Of a stretch of 64,000 nt of DNA, positions 47,917 through 58,787 are shown one piece after another. Both the position numbers and the translations under genes were made by a program. Source of the stretch: a virus. The DNA lies in the IMG/VR virus record IMGVR_UViG_3300012642_000011, positions 96,001-160,000 of that record; one strand, 5' to 3'. Position 1 is the stretch's first letter. Each line of letters starts with the position of its first letter. Under the pieces are notes generated by a model. The model made no database searches and was not told the origin of the DNA. It saw only the letters and a program-made list of their open reading frames with translations.

Positions 47917-49665
47917 ATGAAGCCCCAACTGTATGAGTATTTTTTAGATCATCCCGAAATGAAAGCAATGTGGTCACGTCGCAATAGTGACGAACTGTTG
48001 TCTAAAACGGCTGGAAGCAATGTGAAGGCACTATGGTCTTGCTCTACTTGTGGGCAAGAATCATTAATCCCTATTTACCGCAAGGTCAACAATCCTCTTA
48101 CATGTTCTACATGCAATGGGAGCAAGGTGGTTCAAGGGGTGAATGATTTGGAAACAATGTATCCCGAAATAGCGTCTGAATGGTCGTCGAGGAATGAGAA
48201 GAAACCTTCAGAAGTAAAATATAGTTCTGCAATCACTGCTGAATGGGATTGTAAAAATGGGCACTCTTTTACTATGTATCTTCCTGAAAGGACGAGATCG
48301 ACCAGGAAATCTCGGGGGTGCCCTGAGTGTAGAAGACAAGAAATCCAGGAAGACAAAGAGAATAACCCTAATAAGCGCTCTATTGCATCGGGAAATGGAT
48401 CAGCGGAGATGCAGCAGATGTTTGTGGAATCATTAGGAAAGATCAAATTTCCAGGAGCGAGGTCAGGCACACTTTGCTTATGGAGATGCTCGAAGGGGCA
48501 TGAATGGAGGCAAGTTCCTAAGAGATTTAATGGATGTGAAATCTGCGATCCGCCCCAGTATATTCTACCGCAGTCCAGGAACAAAAACATTTTAAAGGTA
48601 TCCAATTCGATCCTCCACACTCATCCTCATGCTATAGAATTATGGAATGATTCAAGAAGTCCAGAATCAGTAACTAAAGGATCATCCTATCGCGCTCAAT
48701 GGAAGTGTGCTAAAAACCATCAATGGGAACAATCTGTCTACACAGTGCTCCGGTCCCTCGACAAAGGTCACAAAGCATGCCCTCATTGCTCTTCCATGAT
48801 TTCTGCTGCTGAAAAGAAAATCTCTGAGATTGTAAAGGAGGCAATGAATCCATTGGGTTTAACTGTCCTCACTTCCCATCGTAAATTGATTCCTCCCTAT
48901 GAAGTAGACATTTATGTTCCTGAGAAGAAGATTGCTATTGAATACAATGGTCTCTACTGGCATAGTGATGCTAATCGAAAGGGTAAAGACAGGAATTATC
49001 ACTACAACAAGTGGAAGAAATGCAAAGATCAAGGTGTCCAATTGATCACCGTGTGGGAGGATGATTGGCGTGACCATGAGGACATTGTGACATCAATGTT
49101 GTTGACCAAGTTGGGTGTTTCTGATGCTCAGAAAGTCAATGCTCGTGATTGTGTGATCGTAGAATCTTCTTATACCGATTCTTCTGCATTTCTTGATGCT
49201 CACCATATTCAAGGTTCAGCAAGAGGGAGTTTCTATCTTTCCTTATTGCATGATGGTGTCATGGTGGCAACTTCGGTGTGGGTGAAGAGGGGGTCAGACC
49301 TTGTTCTTGAGCGCTACGCAACCTCTGTGAGCGTTCGTGGTGGCATGGGTAAACTGTTGAAGGCTGGGTGCATAGAAGGCCGTCAGAGGGGCGCACAGCG
49401 CGTTGTGACTTTTGCTGATCATGGTGTTTCTGATGGTGGATTGTATGAGCGCCTTGGTTTCGTTGCTGACAAGGTGTTGAAGCCTGATTATGCGTATGTT
49501 GTAGATGGTGATAGGAAGCATAAGTTCAATTACAGGTTGAAGAGGTTCAAGAATGATCCAGTATTGAGATATGTGGACGGTTTATCTGAATCCCAGTTGG
49601 CTGAGTTGAATGAGATTCCTCGTGTATGGGATTGTGGGAAGACGCGGTATGTGATGGGTCTTTGA
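47917..49665 (+). CDS. homing-endonuclease-like protein (paralog 3 of 4; the 47821 start is unlikely because it overlaps the terminator)
   Basis: Zinc-ribbon repeats, then KLIPPYEVDIYVPEKKIAIEYNGLYWHSD...GVQLITVWEDDW, then the shared C-terminal domain. Confidence 0.65.
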   Translation: MKPQLYEYFLDHPEMKAMWSRRNSDELLSKTAGSNVKALWSCSTCGQESLIPIYRKVNNPLTCSTCNGSKVVQGVNDLETMYPEIASEWSSRNEKKPSEVKYSSAITAEWDCKNGHSFTMYLPERTRSTRKSRGCPECRRQEIQEDKENNPNKRSIASGNGSAEMQQMFVESLGKIKFPGARSGTLCLWRCSKGHEWRQVPKRFNGCEICDPPQYILPQSRNKNILKVSNSILHTHPHAIELWNDSRSPESVTKGSSYRAQWKCAKNHQWEQSVYTVLRSLDKGHKACPHCSSMISAAEKKISEIVKEAMNPLGLTVLTSHRKLIPPYEVDIYVPEKKIAIEYNGLYWHSDANRKGKDRNYHYNKWKKCKDQGVQLITVWEDDWRDHEDIVTSMLLTKLGVSDAQKVNARDCVIVESSYTDSSAFLDAHHIQGSARGSFYLSLLHDGVMVATSVWVKRGSDLVLERYATSVSVRGGMGKLLKAGCIEGRQRGAQRVVTFADHGVSDGGLYERLGFVADKVLKPDYAYVVDGDRKHKFNYRLKRFKNDPVLRYVDGLSESQLAELNEIPRVWDCGKTRYVMGL

Positions 49666-49734
49666 TTGATTTTAATGATACCTCCTTCTATAGAGAATTC
49701 TTCATAATATTCTTGTTAAGAAGGAGGCATCATA

Positions 49735-50793
49735 ATGTCGGCTAAGTATGCTTTAAACACGGCAACAGGTGAAATCACGCTTTGTCGTAGCACTGGTCAA
49801 CGTCCTTGCCCACATGCCTCTGCAGATCATTACTCTTCGAAAGATGAAGCCCAGAATGCTTTTGAATCACTCATGAAAAAACAAGAAACGTTGTCATTGC
49901 AGAGAAAAAGCACAACATCACCATCTTATGACAATCTTCCATGGTTATCTCATGTAGGCGATCATTTTGATCAGATTGATGCTCACTATGAGATCACGGA
50001 TAGGTTTGAACACAATGGTCAAGGAATGGTTCTTCTACACAGTGACAAATCACCCTATAGCAATAGAGACATCTCGGCGTTCACAGAAGATGGCGCTGAA
50101 GTTAGCACCAGTGAAGTCAGGGATGAGGAAACAGGTGAGAGAATAGGGTTCTTGAAGACAGTCCAGTACTCTGATGCTGCTTTAGAAGCATCCTTTGGGA
50201 AAGAGGATGATTACATGACATATTTAAAATATGGTGAACGGTATCATTCTCTGTTCTATGATTTTGACGATGATCCAAAAGAGAGCATAGAGAACATGAA
50301 AAAATTGTGGAAGTCTGTGGCATCCTCTTCTGTCGTTAGATCCCATCCCCAGTACAGTGTCACATCTATGGGAATGAAACATAGACATGCAAATGGTAGA
50401 AGTCTTAATCCGCCTGAAAGCATGGAAGAGATAGAATCTGACCTTAAAGAGTCATCTAAATTCTTCCAAGAGGAATATATGAAACGATTTGATCCCTCCA
50501 CGAGATCATATGCTTTCATTGAATACTCCGAAATCAATGAAAGCCATAGAGGAACAGGGCTTGGCAAAAAGATGTACCTATCATCTGCGCGTGCTTTAGG
50601 AGCAAGGGGCCGTATTCTTGCGTCTTCAACCTTACAAACAGACAATGCTCAAGGTCTATGGAAATCATTGCTGAAAGACGACAATGACCACATTAGAATC
50701 CACTCCTATGACTATAAGGGAGAAAAGAAAAACAATTACTTGCTTGATTATAGAGATAAGAGTATTGATCAAGTCAAGGATGGTGAAGAATAA
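49735..50793 (+). CDS. shared N-terminal motif domain fused to a GNAT-like acetyltransferase domain (tandem paralog 1)
   Basis: N-terminus MSAKYALNTATGEITLCRSTGQRPCPHASADHYSSKDEAQNAFE. C-terminal GNAT motif A HRGTGLGKKMY. SD aaggagg upstream. Confidence 0.6.
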   Translation: MSAKYALNTATGEITLCRSTGQRPCPHASADHYSSKDEAQNAFESLMKKQETLSLQRKSTTSPSYDNLPWLSHVGDHFDQIDAHYEITDRFEHNGQGMVLLHSDKSPYSNRDISAFTEDGAEVSTSEVRDEETGERIGFLKTVQYSDAALEASFGKEDDYMTYLKYGERYHSLFYDFDDDPKESIENMKKLWKSVASSSVVRSHPQYSVTSMGMKHRHANGRSLNPPESMEEIESDLKESSKFFQEEYMKRFDPSTRSYAFIEYSEINESHRGTGLGKKMYLSSARALGARGRILASSTLQTDNAQGLWKSLLKDDNDHIRIHSYDYKGEKKNNYLLDYRDKSIDQVKDGEE

Positions 50794-51821
50794 TGCCTCA
50801 ATACGCTTTGAACACGCAAACAGGTGAGATCACGCTTTGTCGTAGCACTGGTCAGCGTCCTTGTCCACATGCTGACAATGATCACTATGCATCCAAAGAT
50901 GATGCTCAGAAATCTTTTGAGAGCATGAATGAGAACAATCAGATTGCCACATTGTCCAAGGCAAAAAAGGCACCAGAGGAATCATCCCTGCCCTTTCCTT
51001 CATGGGCAGAAGAACACAAGAAAGCAGTGGAAGCAGTAGGCGGAGAGTACAGTATTGTCAATAGGATCATACATCAAGGGAAGCCTATGGTCATCACACA
51101 TTCTACATTGTCTTCTCGTGATCACGATAAATTCGTCCAAGAGAAAAGCGGAATGAACATCTCAGAGACGATTGTTCATGATGAGGAAACAGGAGAAAAG
51201 ATTGGTTTCATCAATGTATGCTTTGTCAATGATGAGTCAGTGAGAAGATGCTTTGGTGATGAAGATGACTACATGACTCCTATCAGGTATGCCAAAAGGT
51301 ACATATCTTCAATTCAAGGCGCGAAGATGAAGGTCAATGAAGACCCTCGTGGCAATGATAAAAAGATGAGGGAATTGTGGCTTGATGTGATGAATGTTGA
51401 TTCATCTCATATAAGGGATTTCAAAGTTCCCTCTGGTGCCAAGATGAGCGGATGGTCATGGACAGCAGATGATGTTCCTGAAGACCCTAAGGCAGTAGAA
51501 AAGGATATCGAGTCACTATCTGGTCAATTCAAGGAACAACTCAGAGAGTTCAAGAGATCTTTTAGCGTTCCTTTTGTTGAATTTGCTGAAATAGAAGATG
51601 AGTACAAGGGAACAGGTTTAGGCAAGAAGATGTATGTGGAAGCAGCCAAGGCAATGGGAAAGCGTGGTATGGTAATCAGATCATCAGCAATTCAATCTGA
51701 AGATGCAGAAAGGCTATGGTCATCATTACGTAAAGATGAGAATATTGTTGTCAAAGAAGGTAATCTAGCCGTCAAGGGAGACACATACGATTACCTCTAT
51801 CTTGACTACAGGGATCAATGA
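50793..51821 (+). CDS. shared N-terminal motif domain fused to a GNAT-like acetyltransferase domain (tandem paralog 2)
   Basis: N-terminus MPQYALNTQTGEITLCRSTGQRPCPHADNDHYASKDDAQKSFE. C-terminal YKGTGLGKKMY. TAATG overlap with paralog 1. Confidence 0.6.
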   Translation: MPQYALNTQTGEITLCRSTGQRPCPHADNDHYASKDDAQKSFESMNENNQIATLSKAKKAPEESSLPFPSWAEEHKKAVEAVGGEYSIVNRIIHQGKPMVITHSTLSSRDHDKFVQEKSGMNISETIVHDEETGEKIGFINVCFVNDESVRRCFGDEDDYMTPIRYAKRYISSIQGAKMKVNEDPRGNDKKMRELWLDVMNVDSSHIRDFKVPSGAKMSGWSWTADDVPEDPKAVEKDIESLSGQFKEQLREFKRSFSVPFVEFAEIEDEYKGTGLGKKMYVEAAKAMGKRGMVIRSSAIQSEDAERLWSSLRKDENIVVKEGNLAVKGDTYDYLYLDYRDQ

Positions 51822-52149
51822 TACTAAGATTTGGCCTGCCCTTATGATAGTTGAAACGGGTATCAGTGCGTACATTCGTCCACATTGGTGATCGATACTG
51901 AATTTTCTTCTGATCGATTTGCATACAAGATCATCATATGCTATACTATGAAGAGTTGATCAGGAGATCACACAAGATAAAAATTGAAAACTAAAGAGCA
52001 ATCTGAAGTTGACAACGAAGAATCCATGTGATAGAATGATGGACATCAAGTGGTTACGAGAGTGATCACGAGAACAACAGAAAAACATGCAGGGATTAGA
52101 ACTTGACAAGAGAGCAAGTACCTGATATACTGGATGTAGCAATTGAATA

Positions 52150-52220
52150 TTGGGCCATGGTGTAATGGCAGCACGGGGGTCTTTGGAACCTTCGGTCCCG
52201 GTTCGAATCCGTGTGGCCCA
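52150..52220 (+). tRNA. tRNA-Gln (TTG) (U1-A72, G73)
   Basis: Acceptor tgggcca/tggccca. Anticodon stem ggggt/acctt, loop ctTTGga. T-arm cccgg-ttcgaat-ccgtg. Confidence 0.65.
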
Positions 52221-52408
52221 GCGAGATCGGAAGTGAGAGATATGAGTTTCTTCAAAAAGAAAAATCGATACATCTGTCACTTTTGTGATCAACTTGTTGA
52301 CTTAGATCGTATGCGTATGCATCAGTTAGGACATGATCTAAGCGAGGAGAGAAGGTACATCGTATTTCCTCGGCATACAAGAACAAAACAATAGAATAGT
52401 GTACTCAT

Positions 52409-52479
52409 TGGGATATAGTTTAATGGCAAAACGTTCGGCTCTGACCCGAGTAATCTTGGTTCGAATCCAGGTATCCCAG
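52409..52479 (+). tRNA. tRNA-Gln (CTG) (U1-A72, G73)
   Basis: Acceptor tgggata/tatccca. D-arm gttt/aaac. Anticodon stem ttcgg/ccgag, loop ctCTGac. T-arm cttgg-ttcgaat-ccagg. Confidence 0.75.
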
Positions 52480-52593
52480 CGATAGCGACAATCAAGCCTC
52501 TTCCGTCAGGAATGCTCAAATGCATTGGAGTCACTGAGAAGAGAAGACGTTCTTTGATCACACTTGTCCTCTTATGAGGATTCGCTTATTTAA

Positions 52594-52667
52594 CGGGATG
52601 TAGCTCAGTTTGGTAGAGCGCTTGTCTGGGGGACAAGTGGCCGCTGGTTCAAATCCAGTCATTCCGA
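52594..52667 (+). tRNA. tRNA-Pro (GGG) (C1-G72)
   Basis: Acceptor cgggatg/cattccg. Anticodon stem cttgt/acaag, loop ctGGGgg. T-arm gctgg-ttcaaat-ccagt. Confidence 0.8.
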
Positions 52668-52737
52668 CAGATTTTTGTTATAATACATCAGTAGAGTAAA
52701 CGCTGACAACAGTATTATAACCATAGGACAGATCATT

Positions 52738-54675
52738 ATGAAACTCTGTGATAAGTATCCCCAGCTTAAAAATAAGTATTCACAACTTAATAATACTATT
52801 TTTGAGGAAAAAGAGTATCGATACGATGAGTATCTTTTTTGGGATTGTCCTCAAGGGCATCATATTTATAAGCCTGCTAGAGAAATCAATAGATATCAAA
52901 ATTGCAATTCCTGTGAAAACATCAAAAAGACTGGGATTGAGTTCTTTGAAAGCTTGGAATACCTCTATCCCTCTATCGTAGAAAAATATAGTGTCAAAAA
53001 TATTCTTTCTGCAAACAGTGTTCGACCAGACTCACTTTTTAATGCAATCTGGGAAGATCGAGATGAGAAAATAAAAATATACGATAGGGTTCTGGAAGAA
53101 ATATCTTCAGGAAATGTGAAAAGAAATCATGTAACGAAGAGAAACGTAAAAAATAGAAAAAAGAAAGACAATGTTTCTGCGGAAAGTATATCCAAGCCGC
53201 AAGAAAAAGAGGATTCACCTCTTTTAAAAGATGCCTACCCAGACCTTTATGAAATGCGATTAAACGATTGTGAAGATCTTAATATTTGGTCTAATAAAAA
53301 ACTTTTGTGGAAGTGCGACAAAGGGCATGAGTTCACTTCAAGTATACGAAACCTCATTAAAAGATCAACTAAGTGCAATGTCTGTAGTGGAGTTGCCTTG
53401 CAAAAGGGAGTCAATGATATTTCGACCCTGGCTCCTGACCTTGCCTCATGCATTGTATCTCCTGACCCTTCAGAAATTACATTAGCATATAATAAACCTA
53501 TCACTTTTAAATGTTTCACTTGCATGCATCAGTGGGTTTCAAATTTGGATAAAAGAAAAGACAGATCTTTAAGATGTCCTGGATGCAGCGGAAAAACTGT
53601 AATTCATGGATTCAATGACATTGAAACTATTATGCCGCACATCAAAAATTCATGGGCAAAGAATAATAAATACATGCCTTCTGAAATGACAACAAAAAGC
53701 GAAAAAGAAGTATACCTTTATTGTTCGAATGGAATATCGCATGATCTGGTTAAGACTTATGCATATGTAATTTCTCGAACACCTAATAGGAGAACTTATT
53801 TATGTAATCACTGTTCTGGATCTGCTGGTGAAATCGATATGGCAAATTTCATTGCTTCGCTCGGATTTACCACAATCAGAAAAGACAGGAAAATTATAAG
53901 GCCAAAAGAACTGGATGTATATCTTCCTGATCTCAAGGTGGCTTTTGAATACAATGGTCTCTATTGGCATTCAGATAAGGCAGGCAAATCCGACACCTAC
54001 CATTACGACAAGTGGAAGCGCTGTGCTGACAAGGGTATCCAGTTGATCTCTATCTGGGAGGATGATTGGAACTATCGTGAGGACATTGTCAAGAGGATGA
54101 TTGCTCACAAGTTGGGCGTCAGCAATGATCGCAAAGTCTACGCTCGGCAAACCGATGTCGTCATTGTAGACAAGGATGATGCCCGAGCGTTCTGCAATGC
54201 CCACCACATTCAAGGCTATGTATCTGGTAGCGTCTACTATGGTCTCAAAGATCGCAGGACGGATTCTTTGGTGGCTGTGAGCGTCTGGAAGCGTTCAGGT
54301 GACCAATTGCGCCTTGAGAGGTATTGCACGTCTGAGAACGTGATTGGTGGCATGGGAAAGATGTTGAAAGCGGGAGTCCAGTATGCCAAGGACAATGGGT
54401 TGAGCAAGATCGTCACTTTCTCTGATCATGATGTCTCTGATGGTGGACTGTATCGAAGACTTGGATTCATTCCTGACAAGGAGTTGAAGCCTGATTACAA
54501 GTATATCGTCGGCGGTACCAGGGTTCATAAATTCAACTATCGCATCAAGAGGTTCAGGGATGATCCGAACTTGAAGTATGCTGATGGTCTCACTGAATCC
54601 GAGTTGGCGCAGTTGAACAGTCTTCCTCGTGTTTACGATGCCGGCAAGACGCGTTGGGCGATCAATGTATCCTAA
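52738..54675 (+). CDS. homing-endonuclease-like protein (paralog 4 of 4)
   Basis: Zinc-ribbon repeats, then KELDVYLPDLKVAFEYNGLYWHSD...GIQLISIWEDDW, then the shared C-terminal domain. Confidence 0.7.
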   Translation: MKLCDKYPQLKNKYSQLNNTIFEEKEYRYDEYLFWDCPQGHHIYKPAREINRYQNCNSCENIKKTGIEFFESLEYLYPSIVEKYSVKNILSANSVRPDSLFNAIWEDRDEKIKIYDRVLEEISSGNVKRNHVTKRNVKNRKKKDNVSAESISKPQEKEDSPLLKDAYPDLYEMRLNDCEDLNIWSNKKLLWKCDKGHEFTSSIRNLIKRSTKCNVCSGVALQKGVNDISTLAPDLASCIVSPDPSEITLAYNKPITFKCFTCMHQWVSNLDKRKDRSLRCPGCSGKTVIHGFNDIETIMPHIKNSWAKNNKYMPSEMTTKSEKEVYLYCSNGISHDLVKTYAYVISRTPNRRTYLCNHCSGSAGEIDMANFIASLGFTTIRKDRKIIRPKELDVYLPDLKVAFEYNGLYWHSDKAGKSDTYHYDKWKRCADKGIQLISIWEDDWNYREDIVKRMIAHKLGVSNDRKVYARQTDVVIVDKDDARAFCNAHHIQGYVSGSVYYGLKDRRTDSLVAVSVWKRSGDQLRLERYCTSENVIGGMGKMLKAGVQYAKDNGLSKIVTFSDHDVSDGGLYRRLGFIPDKELKPDYKYIVGGTRVHKFNYRIKRFRDDPNLKYADGLTESELAQLNSLPRVYDAGKTRWAINVS

Positions 54676-54745
54676 GTCATATTGATTTTCTCTTTCTCTT
54701 ATGTTAGAGTAAGAATGTCAAGATCAAAAGACAAGGAGAAATGAT

Positions 54746-54892
54746 ATGGGTTATCTTTCAGATTACTACGCAGCAAAAGACGCCGAGAACGAGCGCGGAG
54801 AGGTTGACTGGTCTCAGGTTCCCGCTCGCAATGGTGGATACTTGATCACGGACCATCCTGAAGATACCGAGTGGTGGAATGGTGAAGACTGA
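54746..54892 (+). CDS. small acidic protein (48 aa)
   Basis: AAGGAG SD 8 nt upstream. Not in the ORF track because it is shorter than 60 aa. Confidence 0.3.
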   Translation: MGYLSDYYAAKDAENERGEVDWSQVPARNGGYLITDHPEDTEWWNGED

Positions 54893-54968
54893 TTTTTAAG
54901 CAATATGGCATTTTTGCTTATGTTTTCCATCACGTTTCAGAACTACTCTTTTGATAGAATAGAAGAGA

Positions 54969-55310
54969 ATGAAATCAAAGAAAGGTATCAATGTGAGCAA
55001 TCAAGATTTTCTTCGCATGAACAAGGATGATGCTATCAAGTCATTGATCCATAGTGATAACCTGGAAGAGAGAGTTTTCAATGCTCTTGACTATGCGTAC
55101 TGTTACTCAGGGATTGATGGAGGACATCATAAGGAATGGGTTATCGATACGATGGTCAAATCTCTTTTGGGAGAGGATGCTTACAAAAAACTCGTTGAGC
55201 ATTATGAAGTTCCTAGAGACAAAGATGACAACATGGTTTCTGAAGGTGACGACGCCTACGACAGTGGTGACTATTACGAATGCGAATGGGGTAAAGGCAT
55301 TGCTCCGTGA
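54969..55310 (+). CDS. hypothetical protein
   Basis: 113-aa acidic ORF. Confidence 0.4.
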   Translation: MKSKKGINVSNQDFLRMNKDDAIKSLIHSDNLEERVFNALDYAYCYSGIDGGHHKEWVIDTMVKSLLGEDAYKKLVEHYEVPRDKDDNMVSEGDDAYDSGDYYECEWGKGIAP

Positions 55311-55497
55311 GCGATCAAGGTCTGACACATAATCTTACACAAGAGAACACACTTGTCGCCTGAGAAAAACTCAAATGTTAATACTCATGATGAAATGATT
55401 GAATATCCCTAAAAACGATAGTGATCAATTCAATCCTCTATAAACATGTTAGAAAAGTGTTCATACATGTTTTCAAACAATACTATAGAGGTACATC

Positions 55498-57360
55498 ATG
55501 AGTAAGATGCATATTTCAGAAGATGGCAACGCAAGGCCATGTCATGCTTCAACCCCAGAGAAATGTACGTTAAAACCAAACCCAAATGACATCTACGGTA
55601 TCACAGGCAGGCACTTCGATTCTCAAGAAGAAGTAGAGAAGTTCTATGAGAGTATCCATAATGGTGGACTTGCATCCTTGAATAAGGAAAAAGAAAAGAA
55701 AGATCATATTCACCAATCAGACTCTCATGGAACATCTTCTCATCAACAAGAAACGTCAGACAACAGTGCTACAAGTCAGGACGACGATTCAGAAGAAAAT
55801 CATGCTTTCAATCCTACATATACCATTAACCCAGATGATTTAGACAAATTCAAGAAGAAGATTGACAAGGCCAACCAAAGGCTCAAGGACAATGGTATCG
55901 ATGACGAATTCACATATGATGTTGAGTATGAGGAAAGAAAGAAGAAAATTGGTCCAAACCTCTATGCTTATGAGCAATTTGCCAAAGTTACACTGAATAA
56001 ACCTGTCATCAAGCAAGAAGGATACACCTTTGAAGCGTCCGTGACCCAAGAAGAGGGCGGTATGCTGGTCAGGGGAACAAGAGAATCAGACCTTGAGGGC
56101 TGGCGTCCTTCTGACATGAGTTGTGAACACTGTGGTCAGAACAGGGACAGAAAGAAGGTCTATATCCTCAAAGATGAGGAAGGTAAAAAACATCAGGTAG
56201 GTTCCTCTTGTGTATCTGATTACTTGGGCGTCAAGCCTGAAGGATTGTGGGCACTTGATGTAGACCACGAAACATTTGCCCCCAGTGACAAAACACCTAG
56301 GTTCAAACCTATGTATGAACCTAAAACTCTTGCTGCTGTAGCAATGGCATTGAGTGATAGTGGAGAGAATTATATTGGTTCACAATCTCAAGGGGTTTCC
56401 ACTGCTTCTGAAGTCGATGCTTACTTCAATCCTCCTTCTCCTCAAGGAAGAGGCTACGAGGCTAGACGAAAAGCCCAAGAAGAAAACGAGAGACGAGCAC
56501 AAAAGGTAGAAAAATACTTGGCTGATCCTGAGAACACTAAGAAAATAGATGATGCCATGAATGCTGTAAAAAACATGAATAGGGGTGACTATGCTGAAAA
56601 CATGAAGACCATTTTTAATTCTTCTAAAGTCAGTGGAAAGTCCTTCAACTATGCCGTTTCTGCAGCAGCTGTTTACAATAGGGCGCAAAGAGATGCCCAA
56701 AGGACGCAACAGTGGGCAGAGGAGAAGAAATCAAGAGAAGAGAAGAGGGCACAAGAAGTAAAACAGTACGCCACTGGCTATTTAGGTAATGAAGGTGATT
56801 CTGTCAAAGGAACTTCAGCTACTTTTGTAGGCATGAGGAATACAAGCATGACAGATATGCGTGGTAACCCTGTGAAAGCAATCACGATGAAGAGCGCAGA
56901 TAATAAACAGGTGGTCTGGTTCACTGCTACTCCTGATAATGATTTTAAAGAAGGCGATGAGATTGAGATCACAGCGGGCAGTGTCAAGAGGCAGGGGCAT
57001 TACAACGGCATTGACCAAACTATCATCACCAGAGCAAAGATTACTGATAAGCATACATTGAACACATCTAATAATGTTCGTGAAGCAATGAAGAAGTCTA
57101 GGTTGACGAAGAACTTCAAAAATGGTCGTGGACAGAATGACAAGGATTACGTCATCACTCCTGCAAGTACTGAAGATGGATATGCAATGAGTTTCTCAAA
57201 GAACAAGGAGACTGGCGAATTCTCTATTCTCAAGTACCACATTCATGATAAGTTTGATAATGGATTAGTATTCAAAGGCAGCGAATCAGATGGCTATGAT
57301 TTCATGAAAAATGCTATCAAAAACAACGAATCAGTGTCTAACATGAAATCTATTGATTGA
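55498..57360 (+). CDS. shared N-terminal motif domain protein (620 aa; C-terminal region unknown, includes a CxxC...C zinc-binding-like segment)
   Basis: N-terminus MSKMHISEDGNARPCHASTPEKC...HFDSQEEVEKFYE. Internal MSCEHCGQNRDRKK...SSCVSDY. Confidence 0.55.
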   Translation: MSKMHISEDGNARPCHASTPEKCTLKPNPNDIYGITGRHFDSQEEVEKFYESIHNGGLASLNKEKEKKDHIHQSDSHGTSSHQQETSDNSATSQDDDSEENHAFNPTYTINPDDLDKFKKKIDKANQRLKDNGIDDEFTYDVEYEERKKKIGPNLYAYEQFAKVTLNKPVIKQEGYTFEASVTQEEGGMLVRGTRESDLEGWRPSDMSCEHCGQNRDRKKVYILKDEEGKKHQVGSSCVSDYLGVKPEGLWALDVDHETFAPSDKTPRFKPMYEPKTLAAVAMALSDSGENYIGSQSQGVSTASEVDAYFNPPSPQGRGYEARRKAQEENERRAQKVEKYLADPENTKKIDDAMNAVKNMNRGDYAENMKTIFNSSKVSGKSFNYAVSAAAVYNRAQRDAQRTQQWAEEKKSREEKRAQEVKQYATGYLGNEGDSVKGTSATFVGMRNTSMTDMRGNPVKAITMKSADNKQVVWFTATPDNDFKEGDEIEITAGSVKRQGHYNGIDQTIITRAKITDKHTLNTSNNVREAMKKSRLTKNFKNGRGQNDKDYVITPASTEDGYAMSFSKNKETGEFSILKYHIHDKFDNGLVFKGSESDGYDFMKNAIKNNESVSNMKSID

Positions 57361-57384
57361 TCCATATATCTGTTTTAAAAATAA

Positions 57385-57432
57385 ACACCTTTCTTTTAGA
57401 AGATTAGTTCTACAACAAAAGAAAGGTATTTA
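57385..57432 (+). terminator. bidirectional terminator hairpin (copy 1 of a repeated element)
   Basis: acctttcttttagaagattagttctacaacaaaagaaaggt between convergent genes. A near-identical copy lies at 62893-62940. Confidence 0.55.
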
Positions 57433-57485
57433 TAAAAGGTGAGTAAATCGTAGAGAATGAAAACCTCGACGTAGTTCACTTAGGA

Positions 57486-58787
57486 TTACTCGTCATCGAT
57501 ATCAAAATGTAAATCCAGATCTTTCAAGATCTCTTCATCTGTCTTCTTTTTTAGCGGATTTTCACCTGTCTGTTTCTCGACAAACTCAGCAAAGCCAGGA
57601 ATCATTTTGGCTATGCGGGCAGTATAATCTACTCTTGAGGCGTTTCTTGCAAGAGTTTGATCGTCCTTCAGCCTTCCCTCCTGTGCTTCCTTCATGAAAA
57701 ACGCCAAGTTTTTGGCGGCACGAGTATAATCCTTGTGCTCACTTTCGTCATAGAAACTTTCCTTGTGATCTCCTGAATATGGTAATCCCTCACCATCCCA
57801 GTTCTGCTTTCCGTTGATGACGATACTGTCTTTATTCCTGTGCTCATAGACGACAAAAGTTCTCGTGGAAGCATCAGGAGCCATGACCGTATAAGTAAGA
57901 CCGTTCTCTCTGCCGTTCTCCATGAAAGAGACGAATACATTGCCAATTCCTTGTTTGTCCATCTCTTCCTTTAGTTCCTTATGAGGAAAGCCGAAAGCAA
58001 GATATGCCTGTTGATTATCCTTTGTTTCTGCGACGATGCGATCTCGTGGCTGTAGATAAAAGATGCTTTCATAATGTTCTCCATTATCCATTCCTTCTGG
58101 GTGCATCTGATAATCATCATTCTCACCATTGACAATTCTCCCAATGGATTCCTGTACATATTTTTTCTCTTCGAGTTCTTTAACCTTCTTCTCCCCAAAG
58201 CCATAAGAGAAGAACTTTTCTACCGCTGCATCTGTTGAATGATCGAATCCAACCAATTTTTCATTCTTTTCGTATTCTGAAGAAAATCGTTGTGGAGTAT
58301 GGGATTTTCCCCATTGGGACATGATTTCCGTGCCAGCAATGTCTTTAATCTCTCGACTTCTTACACCAGGATCAGATGAACGCCAACTGTGTTGCCGAAT
58401 AGGAGGCTTCTGTTCAATTTGATTGTATTCCTTAATTGCTGTATCAAGGTCGCCTTTTCTTGCTGCTAGTACTGACTTTTCTGCGCGGAGAAGAGCAGCA
58501 TTGTCAAAAGAATCCCATTTCGTTGGATCTTTTTCAATATACTTCTTTTTAAAGTAGTGCATATCTGGGTTATCGCTTCCTTGTGGACGATCCAGAATCC
58601 TATTGAGAACCCTTTCTCTTGCGTTTTCGCTTAGTGCCTCCACCTCTTGCTTGAATTCAAAGTGTTCGCGTGCTTCCTCTTTTGAATCAAAATGATCTTT
58701 TTCCATGTCACCCATTCTACACTTACGCTTTGCAGGGCATTTTACTGCTGTTCCTTTGGCTGAAATATGGTATCTTTCTTTTTCCAT
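57486..58787 (-). CDS. shared N-terminal motif domain protein (433 aa; minus strand)
   Basis: N-terminus MEKERYHISAKGTAVKCPAKRKCRMGDMEKDHFDSKEEAREHFEF. Confidence 0.55.
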   Translation of the reverse strand: MEKERYHISAKGTAVKCPAKRKCRMGDMEKDHFDSKEEAREHFEFKQEVEALSENARERVLNRILDRPQGSDNPDMHYFKKKYIEKDPTKWDSFDNAALLRAEKSVLAARKGDLDTAIKEYNQIEQKPPIRQHSWRSSDPGVRSREIKDIAGTEIMSQWGKSHTPQRFSSEYEKNEKLVGFDHSTDAAVEKFFSYGFGEKKVKELEEKKYVQESIGRIVNGENDDYQMHPEGMDNGEHYESIFYLQPRDRIVAETKDNQQAYLAFGFPHKELKEEMDKQGIGNVFVSFMENGRENGLTYTVMAPDASTRTFVVYEHRNKDSIVINGKQNWDGEGLPYSGDHKESFYDESEHKDYTRAAKNLAFFMKEAQEGRLKDDQTLARNASRVDYTARIAKMIPGFAEFVEKQTGENPLKKKTDEEILKDLDLHFDIDDE

